NCBI GenBank assembly: GCA_001644445.1
Contig: LSTE01000001.1
Coordinates: 1-57,674 of the forward strand
DNA: 57,674 nucleotides
Reading direction: 5' to 3'
Source of the DNA: Gammaproteobacteria bacterium SCGC AG-212-F23
GTDB lineage: Bacteria > Pseudomonadota > Gammaproteobacteria > DSM-16500
Positions 10,943 through 19,358 of this stretch are shown here, piece by piece; the first letter of the stretch is position 1; each line of letters begins with the position of its first letter. A model generated the notes under the pieces. The model was not told the origin of the DNA and searched no databases. It saw only the letters and a list, made by a program, of their open reading frames with translations. The translations under genes were made by a program, and so were the position numbers.

Positions 10943-11690
10943 TTCGCATTGTCATATTGATCAAATTGATATACCTGATCTTTTGTCGCAAGCAAAAGAG
11001 GCGGGCGTAGGTCATATGTTATGTGTGTGTATTACATTGACTGATTTTCCTAAGATGTTAAGCATGGTGCAGCCGTATTCGTATATTAGTGCATCGGTGG
11101 GTTTGCATCCTAATGAAACTGTAGAGCAAGAACCCACTGCAAAAGAACTAATTGTTTTGGCACAACCAGAAAAAGTTGTTGCCATCGGCGAAACAGGGCT
11201 AGATTATTACCGAACGACAGGTGATGTGAAATTTCAACAAGAACGGTTTCGTCAACACATTCATGCTGCGCGAACAGTAAAAAAACCTTTAATTATCCAT
11301 ACGCGTCAAGCTCGTGAAGATACCATGGCTATCTTGCGTGCAGAAAAAGCCAATGAAGTTAGTGGTGTGATGCATTGTTTTACCGAAGATTGGGCGATGG
11401 CAAAAGCTGCATTAGATTTAGGATTTTATATTTCATTTTCTGGTATTATTACTTTTAAAAATGCAGTAGAAATTCAAGAGGTAGCTAAACAAGTTCCTCT
11501 GGATAGAATGCTAATTGAAACAGATTCGCCTTATCTTGCGCCCAATCCCTATCGTGGCAAAACGAATCAGCCTGCTTATGTGCGTTATGTTGCTGAATAT
11601 ATTGCATCTTTACGTGGTATTAGTTTAGAAAAAGTAGCGGAACACACGACTAATAATTTTTTTAATTTATTCAAGGGAGCGAAAAAATAA
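10929..11690 (+). CDS. ycfH: TatD-family metal-dependent hydrolase/DNase
   Basis: Contains DSHCHID, GETGLDY, IHTR and ETDSPYLAP. It follows holB, as in E. coli. Confidence 0.88.
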   Translation: MYLVDSHCHIDQIDIPDLLSQAKEAGVGHMLCVCITLTDFPKMLSMVQPYSYISASVGLHPNETVEQEPTAKELIVLAQPEKVVAIGETGLDYYRTTGDVKFQQERFRQHIHAARTVKKPLIIHTRQAREDTMAILRAEKANEVSGVMHCFTEDWAMAKAALDLGFYISFSGIITFKNAVEIQEVAKQVPLDRMLIETDSPYLAPNPYRGKTNQPAYVRYVAEYIASLRGISLEKVAEHTTNNFFNLFKGAKK

Positions 11691-12941
11691 ATGTTTCGTC
11701 CATTATCTATTTTTATGGGATTACGTTATTTGCGTGCTAAACGTCGAAATCATTTTATTTCTTTTATTTCGATGACGTCGATGATTGGTATCGCTTTAGG
11801 TGTCTTAGTTTTGATTACAGTGTTGTCTGTGATGAATGGCTTTGATCGGGAAATCAAAACACGTGTTTTTAGCGTGATTCCTGCATTAACGGTGACAGGT
11901 ATCGATGGTAAGATGCAAAATTGGCAATCACTGGAAAAAACGCTATCAGAAAATCAAACAATCACATCTATTGCACCCTTTGTCAGTGGGCAAGCATTGC
12001 TTGCGAATGCTAATTTTGTTCATCCAGTTTCAGTCGTTGGTATTTTACCTCAGCAAGAAAAAAAAATGTCTGAGTTAAACGCAAAAATGATTGAAGGTAG
12101 TTTGGATGCATTATTGCCAGGAAAATTCGGTATAGCGCTTGGTGAAGATTTAGCGAGTCAGTTAGCTGTAGGTGTTGGTGACAAGATTGCCGTGTTTACT
12201 TCACAGTTTTCCGTTTCTATTGCAGGCATTATTCCACGTATTAAATTGTTTACCGTTGTTGGAATTTTTAGAACGAATGCCGGGTTTCATGTTGACTCGG
12301 ATTTGGCTTTTATTCAATTGCAAGATGCCCAGCGATTATTTCAAATGGAAAACAATGTGACAGGGTTGCATATTAATATTCACAACATCTATCAGGCACC
12401 TATATTTGAAAATGAGTTGATTCGCGCATTGCCGCCAGCCATTCGTGTTTCTAATTGGACTGACCAAGTAGGAACGTATTTTCAAGCGGTGAATATGGAA
12501 AAACATATGATGTTTTTGATTTTAATGTTAATCATTATCGTTGCTGTGTTTAATCTAGTAAGTACATTGGTCATGGTTGTTAATGAAAAAGAAGCAGACA
12601 TTGCTATTTTAAGAACATTTGGCGCGACTCCGCGTATGATATTAATGACGTTTATTTTTCAGGGCGGGGTGATTGGTGTGATTGGCACGCTCCTGGGCGT
12701 GATAGGTGGTGTAGCTTTGGCATTGCATGTCACCGAGGTTGTCAATTGGCTGCAAGCAGTGTTACACGTACAGTTTTTATCTTCTAGCGTTTATATCCTA
12801 GATTATTTGCCTTCTGAATTATTGTGGTCTGATGTGTTGGTCATCGTAAGCTGTGCACTTTTATTTAGTTTATTAGCAACGCTTTATCCTGCATTCAGGG
12901 CATCGAAAACGGAACCAGTGGAGGCGTTGCGTTATGAATAA
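11691..12941 (+). CDS. lolC: Lipoprotein-release ABC permease (LolC/LolE family; only one permease gene is present, possibly LolF-type)
   Basis: 416 aa. It has an N-terminal TM, a large periplasmic domain and a C-terminal FtsX-type 3-TM bundle. It overlaps lolD. Confidence 0.85.
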   Translation: MFRPLSIFMGLRYLRAKRRNHFISFISMTSMIGIALGVLVLITVLSVMNGFDREIKTRVFSVIPALTVTGIDGKMQNWQSLEKTLSENQTITSIAPFVSGQALLANANFVHPVSVVGILPQQEKKMSELNAKMIEGSLDALLPGKFGIALGEDLASQLAVGVGDKIAVFTSQFSVSIAGIIPRIKLFTVVGIFRTNAGFHVDSDLAFIQLQDAQRLFQMENNVTGLHINIHNIYQAPIFENELIRALPPAIRVSNWTDQVGTYFQAVNMEKHMMFLILMLIIIVAVFNLVSTLVMVVNEKEADIAILRTFGATPRMILMTFIFQGGVIGVIGTLLGVIGGVALALHVTEVVNWLQAVLHVQFLSSSVYILDYLPSELLWSDVLVIVSCALLFSLLATLYPAFRASKTEPVEALRYE

Positions 12942-13620
12942 TATTTTAGAATGTGTTGGTTTATCGAAAAGTTATGCTGAAAATTCTTCTAAGATTGATA
13001 TTCTGCAGCAAATCAATTTTTCAGTAAAATCTGCTGAACTTGTTGCGATTGTTGGGGTATCTGGTTCTGGCAAAAGTACTTTTTTACACCTTTTAGGTGG
13101 CTTGGATAAACCTACATCGGGTAAAGTTACATTATTAGGCTATGATTTGGCAACGTTGTCTGAAAATATGAAATGTGAATTACGTAATAAACATTTAGGA
13201 TTTGTTTATCAATTCCATCATTTATTACCTGAGTTTACCGCCTTAGAAAATGTTTCTATGCCTTTGCTTATTCGTGGTAATATTGCAACGAATGTGATTC
13301 GAGAAAAAGCCAGTCACATATTAGAAAAAGTGGGGTTAAAAGATCGTATGCAACATAAAAGCGGTGAACTTTCCGGTGGCGAACGTCAACGAGTAGCTAT
13401 TGCTCGTGCTTTGGTAGCTAACCCAGATTGTATTTTAGCAGATGAACCTACTGGTAACTTAGATCCAAGAAACGCCGAAAAAGTATTAGAATTATTTTTT
13501 GATTTACAAAAAACCTTCCAAACCAGTGTTGTTATGGTCACTCACGATGCCCAAATTGCTAAACGTGCGCAAAGAATTTTGATGATTGAAGAGGGTAGAT
13601 TGATAGAATCTGGGCATTAA
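12934..13620 (+). CDS. lolD: Lipoprotein-release ABC ATPase
   Basis: Walker A GVSGSGKST, signature LSGGERQRVAIARAL and Walker B ILADEPTGNLD. Confidence 0.9.
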   Translation: MNNILECVGLSKSYAENSSKIDILQQINFSVKSAELVAIVGVSGSGKSTFLHLLGGLDKPTSGKVTLLGYDLATLSENMKCELRNKHLGFVYQFHHLLPEFTALENVSMPLLIRGNIATNVIREKASHILEKVGLKDRMQHKSGELSGGERQRVAIARALVANPDCILADEPTGNLDPRNAEKVLELFFDLQKTFQTSVVMVTHDAQIAKRAQRILMIEEGRLIESGH

Positions 13621-13623
13621 TTT

Positions 13624-13954
13624 CCCCTCACCCCAACCCTCTCCCGCTATAGAGTTCATTTTTTTGCAATACTCATAGCGGCGGGAGAGGGAGCTTTATG
13701 TATCGTTCTAAATTTCCCTTCAATTCCCGCTCTAGAGTTCATTTTTATGCAATACTCATAGCGGATTGCTCTAAATAAACGTCGTCCCGCGGCTTGTCCG
13801 CGGGATCCAGAGAATACTCGTCATCCCCGCATGCTTTAGCGGGGATCTCCTCCTCTACTAGCTAGAAAAGAACAATCAAATAGAGCTCCCTCTCCCGCCG
13901 CTATGAGTGTTGCAAAAAAATGAACTCAATAGCGGGAGAGGGTTGGGGTGAGGG
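13624..13954. repeat. Composite nested repeat: module D arms flanking a partial D copy, a module A end and a module B hairpin
   Basis: The D left arm (13624..13695) and D right arm (13884..13954) are reverse complements at 69/71 nt. Between them lie a partial D (13714..13764), A (13780..13810) and B (13819..13850, CGTCATCCCCGCATGCTTTAGCGGGGATCTCC). Confidence 0.92.
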
Positions 13955-13978
13955 TAAACCAATAAAAGGAAAAAATAC

Positions 13979-16279
13979 ATGAAAATATTAATTTTATTAT
14001 TTCTAACCGGCATTATATGCCTACAATTTTTTTCATACATACCATCATTAAAAGGCATAATTTTCTTATTAATTATTTTTTTACTTCTAAAATATTTCAC
14101 AACAAAATTCCCACAAACATTAAAAATTATTATCGCAACTTTAATGGGTTTCACCTGGGTCTTATACTTCTCCTTATCGCATCTTTCCTGGTCAGTTCCA
14201 AGCGATCAAGAAGGAAAAACCATCCTCATCACCGGGCAAATCACATCCATCCCCAACACAGAAAACCATACAACCAGTTTTCTATTCCAACTAAAAACAT
14301 TTAACAATAAACCCACCAACGCTTTAATAAAACTGAGCTGGCGTAATTCACTAGAACATTTGCATGCAGGTGAACAATGGCAACTCTACGTACGCCTAAA
14401 AAAAATCCATAGTTTAATGAATCCAGGCGGTTTCGATTATGAAACCTACGCATTTCAACAAGGCATACGCGCAACCGGCTACGTTGTTACAAAAAATATA
14501 GAAAATAAACGAATAACTAATCATTGGTACCATCAACCATTAAATCGGGTCCGCCAATCGTTAAAAGAAAAAATAGAAAATAATGTTCCGCTTAGTAATA
14601 CTTCACCATGGCTAGTTGCTTTAGCTTTAGGCGAAAGACATGGCATTGCTCCCGAAAATTGGCAAGTATTAAGAAATACAGGCACTAATCATTTGATGGC
14701 AATTGCCGGCTTGCATATTGGTTTTATGTCAGGATTTATTTTTGCTTTAGTCAGTTGGTGTTGGCGTCGTATTCCTGCGTGTGCATTAGTATTGCCGGCA
14801 CAGCATGCGGGTGCAATTGCAGCATTAATGATGGCCTTGATTTACAGTATGCTCGCGGGATTTTCTATTCCCACGCAACGTGCATGCATTATGTTAATGA
14901 CTTTTTTGTTATGGGTGTTATCCAATAAAAAAATAATTGCATGGCAAGCATGGTTTACTGCATTGCTTTGTGTTTTATTATTCAATCCACTTAGCACACT
15001 TGATGCTAGTTTTTGGTTGTCATTCGGTTCAGTCGCATTAATTATTTATGGAGTAAGCGCAAGAGTCGCAGCAAAAGGTTTGTGGTGGAAATTGGGTAGA
15101 ATCCAATGGGTTATCGCAATAGGATTAATTCCACTCAGTATTTGGTTGTTTCAACAGTGCTCAATCGTTTCATTTGTTGCTAATAGTATTGCTATTCCTT
15201 GTGTTGGTTTTATTATCGTGCCTCTTTGTTTATTAGGTTGTTTTTTTCTAATGATTTCAGGAAAGATTGGCGGATTGATTTTATTGCTAGACGATAAAAT
15301 ATTAGCGTTGCTTTGGAAAGTGCTTGCTTACCTTTCACAGTTATCTTGGAGTTCTTGGTATCAAGTTGTGCCAGAGCATTGGATTTTATGTAGCGCTTGT
15401 GTGGGTGTTTTTCTTTTATTGTTGCCAGCGGGTATGCCGGGAAGATGGTTAGGTATTATTTGGATGTTGCCTATGTTTTTATATAAACCAACAATACCTA
15501 AAGAGGGCGAAGCGTGGTTTACATTGTTAGATGTAGGGCAGGGGTTAGCTAGTGTTGTAGAAACACGTAAGCATATTTTAGTTTTTGATACAGGTGCGCG
15601 TTTAAGTGATAGTTATGATATGGGTGCCAATGTCGTCGTGCCATTTTTGCGTACCATCGCTGCGAAAAAAATAGATATGTTAGTGATTAGCCACGGTGAT
15701 AATGATCATATCGGCGGTGCAAAAGCTGTGTTGACTGCATTACCTGTCTCTGCTGTTAAAACCAGTGTTCCAGAAATGTTGCCAACACATAATACTAGTT
15801 ATTGTTTGCGTGGTGAATCTTGGCGTTGGGATGGTGTAGAATTTTCATTTCTTTCTCCTGTTAAAGAAACCTTGAATCAAGGAAATGATAGCTCTTGTGT
15901 ATTACGTATTCGTGCTGCAAATAAAACAGTATTATTTACAGGTGATATTGAAAAATCAGCAGAAAAATTTTTAGTGGAAAATGAAAAAGCTAATTTAAGT
16001 GCTGATATTTTAGTAGCCCCCCATCATGGCAGCAAAACCTCCGGCCTAAAAGAATTCGTCGTAGCTGTTCATCCTAAAATAGTGTTACTCCCTCTAGGCT
16101 ATCGCAACCGTTACCATTTTCCCCATCCACAAATTCTCGCGCAATATGCAAATTTAGGCGCAATTTTTTATGACAGTGTCACAGCAGGTGCAATCACCTA
16201 CAAAATAAATTCTCAAGGGTTGATTTCTTCACCAGAACTTTATCGTAAAGAAAATAAAAAATTTTGGCATAATGATTAA
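13979..16279 (+). CDS. comEC: DNA internalisation competence protein ComEC/Rec2
   Basis: 766 aa. It has a polytopic ComEC membrane core and a C-terminal metallo-beta-lactamase domain (ISHGDNDHIGG, APHHGS). Confidence 0.88.
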   Translation: MKILILLFLTGIICLQFFSYIPSLKGIIFLLIIFLLLKYFTTKFPQTLKIIIATLMGFTWVLYFSLSHLSWSVPSDQEGKTILITGQITSIPNTENHTTSFLFQLKTFNNKPTNALIKLSWRNSLEHLHAGEQWQLYVRLKKIHSLMNPGGFDYETYAFQQGIRATGYVVTKNIENKRITNHWYHQPLNRVRQSLKEKIENNVPLSNTSPWLVALALGERHGIAPENWQVLRNTGTNHLMAIAGLHIGFMSGFIFALVSWCWRRIPACALVLPAQHAGAIAALMMALIYSMLAGFSIPTQRACIMLMTFLLWVLSNKKIIAWQAWFTALLCVLLFNPLSTLDASFWLSFGSVALIIYGVSARVAAKGLWWKLGRIQWVIAIGLIPLSIWLFQQCSIVSFVANSIAIPCVGFIIVPLCLLGCFFLMISGKIGGLILLLDDKILALLWKVLAYLSQLSWSSWYQVVPEHWILCSACVGVFLLLLPAGMPGRWLGIIWMLPMFLYKPTIPKEGEAWFTLLDVGQGLASVVETRKHILVFDTGARLSDSYDMGANVVVPFLRTIAAKKIDMLVISHGDNDHIGGAKAVLTALPVSAVKTSVPEMLPTHNTSYCLRGESWRWDGVEFSFLSPVKETLNQGNDSSCVLRIRAANKTVLFTGDIEKSAEKFLVENEKANLSADILVAPHHGSKTSGLKEFVVAVHPKIVLLPLGYRNRYHFPHPQILAQYANLGAIFYDSVTAGAITYKINSQGLISSPELYRKENKKFWHND

Positions 16280-16345
16280 AAATTTATATTGAAAACACAT
16301 ATTGCTTAATCATGTTATTCTGATAGAGATATTGAATAAATATGA

Positions 16346-16616
16346 GATGATTGCGATACACTCAGGCCGTAGGCCTGGTAGCTCCACTAGCCTAGGGCAA
16401 GTGCACGCTCTTTGTGCGCGCCGCCCTAGGTAAGAGGCTTTCCTATGTGATGTTTGCGCTGTAAGCGCATTCTCTAGAAAATGATTGGTAGCTATTGCGC
16501 TTACAGCGCAAGCAATTTAGAGAGGATCATTGTTACCTAGGGCGGCGCGTGAAGAGCACGCTTGCCCTAGGCTAGTGGAGCTACCAGGCCTACGGCCTGA
16601 GTGCATCACAATTATC
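16346..16616. repeat. Module E: ~270-bp long imperfect palindrome
   Basis: The outer arms CTCAGGCCGTAGGCCTGGTAGCTCCACTAGCCTAGGGCAAG (from 16361) and their reverse complement (ending 16603) match perfectly over 41 bp. The inner pair is TGCGCTGTAAGCGCA / TGCGCTTACAGCGCA. It lies between convergent comEC and the J-domain gene. Confidence 0.92.
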
Positions 16617-16646
16617 TAGAGTAATCCAATGTTGATTGGGTTATTT

Positions 16647-17825
16647 TTAATGAGTTTTTTTAATTTTCAACGCCTCATTCGCCAAATTAAGCAGCGTCAT
16701 CTGTTCGCCCGCAAGCACTGGGTCAATTGTACCTGCTGCCACTTTATCAGGATGCCAGAAGAGAGAGAGTTCTATATAAGATGCCCTGATGGCAGCTTTT
16801 TGCTCTTTTGGAGATTTATTGTTATGTATTATTGGGTTAATTTTTAATATTTTAAAAGCAATAGTACGGCATTTGTCTATTTGATCATTGGTTCTTGCTT
16901 TGAATGGATTTTCGGCGAAAGGATCCTTCAGTTGACACTGACTGCTCAATGTATCTTTTTCTTTGTCTGATAATAGGACTATTGTTGGCATCGGTTTATA
17001 AAAACGATTATGAACATGTTTTCCAACCAAAGAACCTCCACAAAATGCCAAATCACCCACTAATTTTTTCAAAAATATTTCTGACTTAGGATAAGAAAAT
17101 GGTGTTTGTGGTGATCGTCTAGCTTTGATGAAATCAAAAATATAATCAGATAAACCTTGCAATAAGGTTCCGCCAATATAACAAGCGACAAGAGCACCAT
17201 TAGATTCCGACATATAGTCAATCGCAATTCCTAACCCTAAACCTGTTAACCAATAAGCTTGTTTTGATGGATTTCGCATTGTTGCATTAACAGCAACTTT
17301 GCTCAGTGATTGTGTTAATAGCCCGCTAAATATATGAGAATAGCTAGTATTATATTCTTCACCATAATAACAACCTGCAAAAAATAAAATACTTAACGCA
17401 TATTCAGCATGATCTAATCTAATGGTTGAGAGAATTTCAGGTGCTAATTCGTTAATAGCATGAATGAAATTAGAAGGATGCTCAAAATAATGGGTTTGTT
17501 TAAACGCTGACAATGCAGAATAAAATAAGTTAGCAATAAATTCACGTGTTTTACATATGCGCTGACTTCGAGTGACTTCACGTTTTAAAAGAGCGAATAT
17601 CTTATAGGTTTGTGATGTAATAACTGTTTCTAATCGGATGATTTCTTCCATTCGATTTAATAATTGTAAAGATAATATGCCATCAGATGAGCTGTTCAAT
17701 AAATCATACATAGATTGTATATGGGTAGGGTAGTCTTTAACCCTAGGAAGAATACTTATAATCTTTCTGCCAACACTAGTTTTATACTCTGAAAGTATTT
17801 TTAAGGCTTGTTTTTTTGTAAGCAT
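16647..17825 (-). CDS. Membrane-associated protein with a C-terminal DjlA-like J domain
   Basis: 392 aa. The extreme C-terminus, ...AAIRASYIELSLFWHPDKVAAGTIDPVLAGEQMTLLNLANEALKIKK, carries the HPD tripeptide and helix pattern of a J domain. Hydrophobic Gly-rich segments (AYWLTGLGLGIAIDYM, GALVACYIGGTLLQGL) lie mid-protein. The N-terminal 300 aa resemble nothing I recognise. Confidence 0.65.
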   Translation of the reverse strand: MLTKKQALKILSEYKTSVGRKIISILPRVKDYPTHIQSMYDLLNSSSDGILSLQLLNRMEEIIRLETVITSQTYKIFALLKREVTRSQRICKTREFIANLFYSALSAFKQTHYFEHPSNFIHAINELAPEILSTIRLDHAEYALSILFFAGCYYGEEYNTSYSHIFSGLLTQSLSKVAVNATMRNPSKQAYWLTGLGLGIAIDYMSESNGALVACYIGGTLLQGLSDYIFDFIKARRSPQTPFSYPKSEIFLKKLVGDLAFCGGSLVGKHVHNRFYKPMPTIVLLSDKEKDTLSSQCQLKDPFAENPFKARTNDQIDKCRTIAFKILKINPIIHNNKSPKEQKAAIRASYIELSLFWHPDKVAAGTIDPVLAGEQMTLLNLANEALKIKKTH

Positions 17826-17887
17826 AAGAATTGATATAGTATAATTTTTAATTGTTTAATCATATCAATTTATTTAGTTTTTGTAAA

Positions 17888-18274
17888 TTATTTTGCTGTT
17901 TCTTTCCTACCATGCAATAACAGATCAATTGCCATCAGCAACGCTGTTTTGTCTACCGGTTTTTCAAAAGAAACTGCAGCGCCTAAGGATTCTGATAAAT
18001 CCAAATAACCTGTAGGGTCTAAACGACCACCGCCGGAGATAGCAATGATTTCCATGTTGGGATGTTTATTTTTGACTTCAGAAATGAGAGTGATGCCACT
18101 TTTTTTTGGCATGATAATGTCAGTGACCATAATATCAGGAGATATTTTTTTCAAATAGTTGGTGGCTTCCTCGCCATCGGCAGTGCAAGCTACTTCGTGG
18201 CCAGCACGTGTGAGCATTTGTGCTAGCATATCGTTGACTAAATCATCATCTTCCACTAGTAATATCTTTGCCAT
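17888..18274 (-). CDS. Single-domain (CheY-like) response regulator
   Basis: I chose the start MAKILLVEDDD (ATG 18274, AAGGA upstream), not the 18295 start in the ORF track. Phospho-acceptor context is DIMVTDIIMP. There is no output domain. It overlaps the kinase 3' end by 29 nt. Confidence 0.85.
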   Translation of the reverse strand: MAKILLVEDDDLVNDMLAQMLTRAGHEVACTADGEEATNYLKKISPDIMVTDIIMPKKSGITLISEVKNKHPNMEIIAISGGGRLDPTGYLDLSESLGAAVSFEKPVDKTALLMAIDLLLHGRKETAK

Positions 18275-19256
18275 AATCCAATTCCTTGTCTTCAATGACC
18301 TTATGTTCAGGTATTAAAATAGTAAATGTGGTGCCATGACCTAACTGGCTTTTCACGCTAATTTCGCCCTGGTGTTCTTTAATAATAGCATGGACTGTAG
18401 AAAGTCCTAACCCCGTACCTTTACCTACTTCCTTAGTGGTAAAAAAAGGTTCAAAAATACGTTCTTGGGTGGGGAGGTCCATGCCATAGCCTTCATCAAT
18501 AATATCAATTTTGCAATAATTTTTATCAAAATTAACATTATTTGCAGCAGAGGTTCTAGTTAAAGAAATATGAATCTGGCCTTCACCACCCATTGCATCC
18601 ACGGCATTGTTAATAATATTGACAATAACTTGATGTAATTGGGTCTGATTGCCCAAAATAGGATAAGGCGGATTTTTGACCTCAAAATCTAATTCTATGC
18701 TGGCAGGAATAGTGGGTTTTAGCAGCTGTAAGATGCTTTTTATCGTCTCATCTAAGCAAATAGCGTTAAATTCAAGATGTTGTTGGCGACTGAAAGTTAA
18801 AATACGAGCGACCAAATCTTGACCACGTTTGGCTCCCTCTAATACTTTAGCCAGATTTTTATAAATTAAACTTTCAGGAGGGCTATCTTCACGTGCCATT
18901 TCCACATAACCGATAATAGCATACAAGATATTATTAAAATCATGGGCAATACCGCCTGCCAAAGTACCTATGGCTTGGAGTTTTTGCCCTTGTAAGGAAT
19001 CTTTTTCCAATTTATGTTGGGCTTCTTCGGCGCGTAGACGGTCATAAGCTTCATTTTGCAGTTTATGATGCATTTTTTGAATGGATTCTAACTGTGATCT
19101 AGCGAGTAGGGCAAAGTAGACACTAGCACCCAAGAGACCGGCAATAGCGAACCCCATGAGCAACATAGTGATTGATGTTGGCTTAGCAAAGAAATGCCAG
19201 GCCGCAATTAAGCCTAACACTGTCACTAGACAAGGTAAGTAGCGGTTTAATTGCAT
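18246..19256 (-). CDS. Sensor histidine kinase with two TM helices, a minimal loop and no sensory domain
   Basis: H-box GGIAHDFNNILYAI. HATPase motifs NAVDAM, DEGYGM and GKGTGLGLS. The two N-terminal TM helices are separated by only a few residues. Confidence 0.85.
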   Translation of the reverse strand: MQLNRYLPCLVTVLGLIAAWHFFAKPTSITMLLMGFAIAGLLGASVYFALLARSQLESIQKMHHKLQNEAYDRLRAEEAQHKLEKDSLQGQKLQAIGTLAGGIAHDFNNILYAIIGYVEMAREDSPPESLIYKNLAKVLEGAKRGQDLVARILTFSRQQHLEFNAICLDETIKSILQLLKPTIPASIELDFEVKNPPYPILGNQTQLHQVIVNIINNAVDAMGGEGQIHISLTRTSAANNVNFDKNYCKIDIIDEGYGMDLPTQERIFEPFFTTKEVGKGTGLGLSTVHAIIKEHQGEISVKSQLGHGTTFTILIPEHKVIEDKELDYGKDITSGR

Positions 19257-19358
19257 AACTGGAGTGCCGTCAGTAAAAATATCATCTTAATAGATTTGTC
19301 ACATGTTATCTATATGCGCTACACTATGCCATCGGCAATTTTTATATCAAGTGAAACT

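Noticed and set aside
13876-14304. ORFs 13876..14154 (-) and 14017..14304 (+)
   Set aside because: The first starts inside comEC and ends in the module D repeat. The second is an alternative frame of comEC. Neither has support beyond length.
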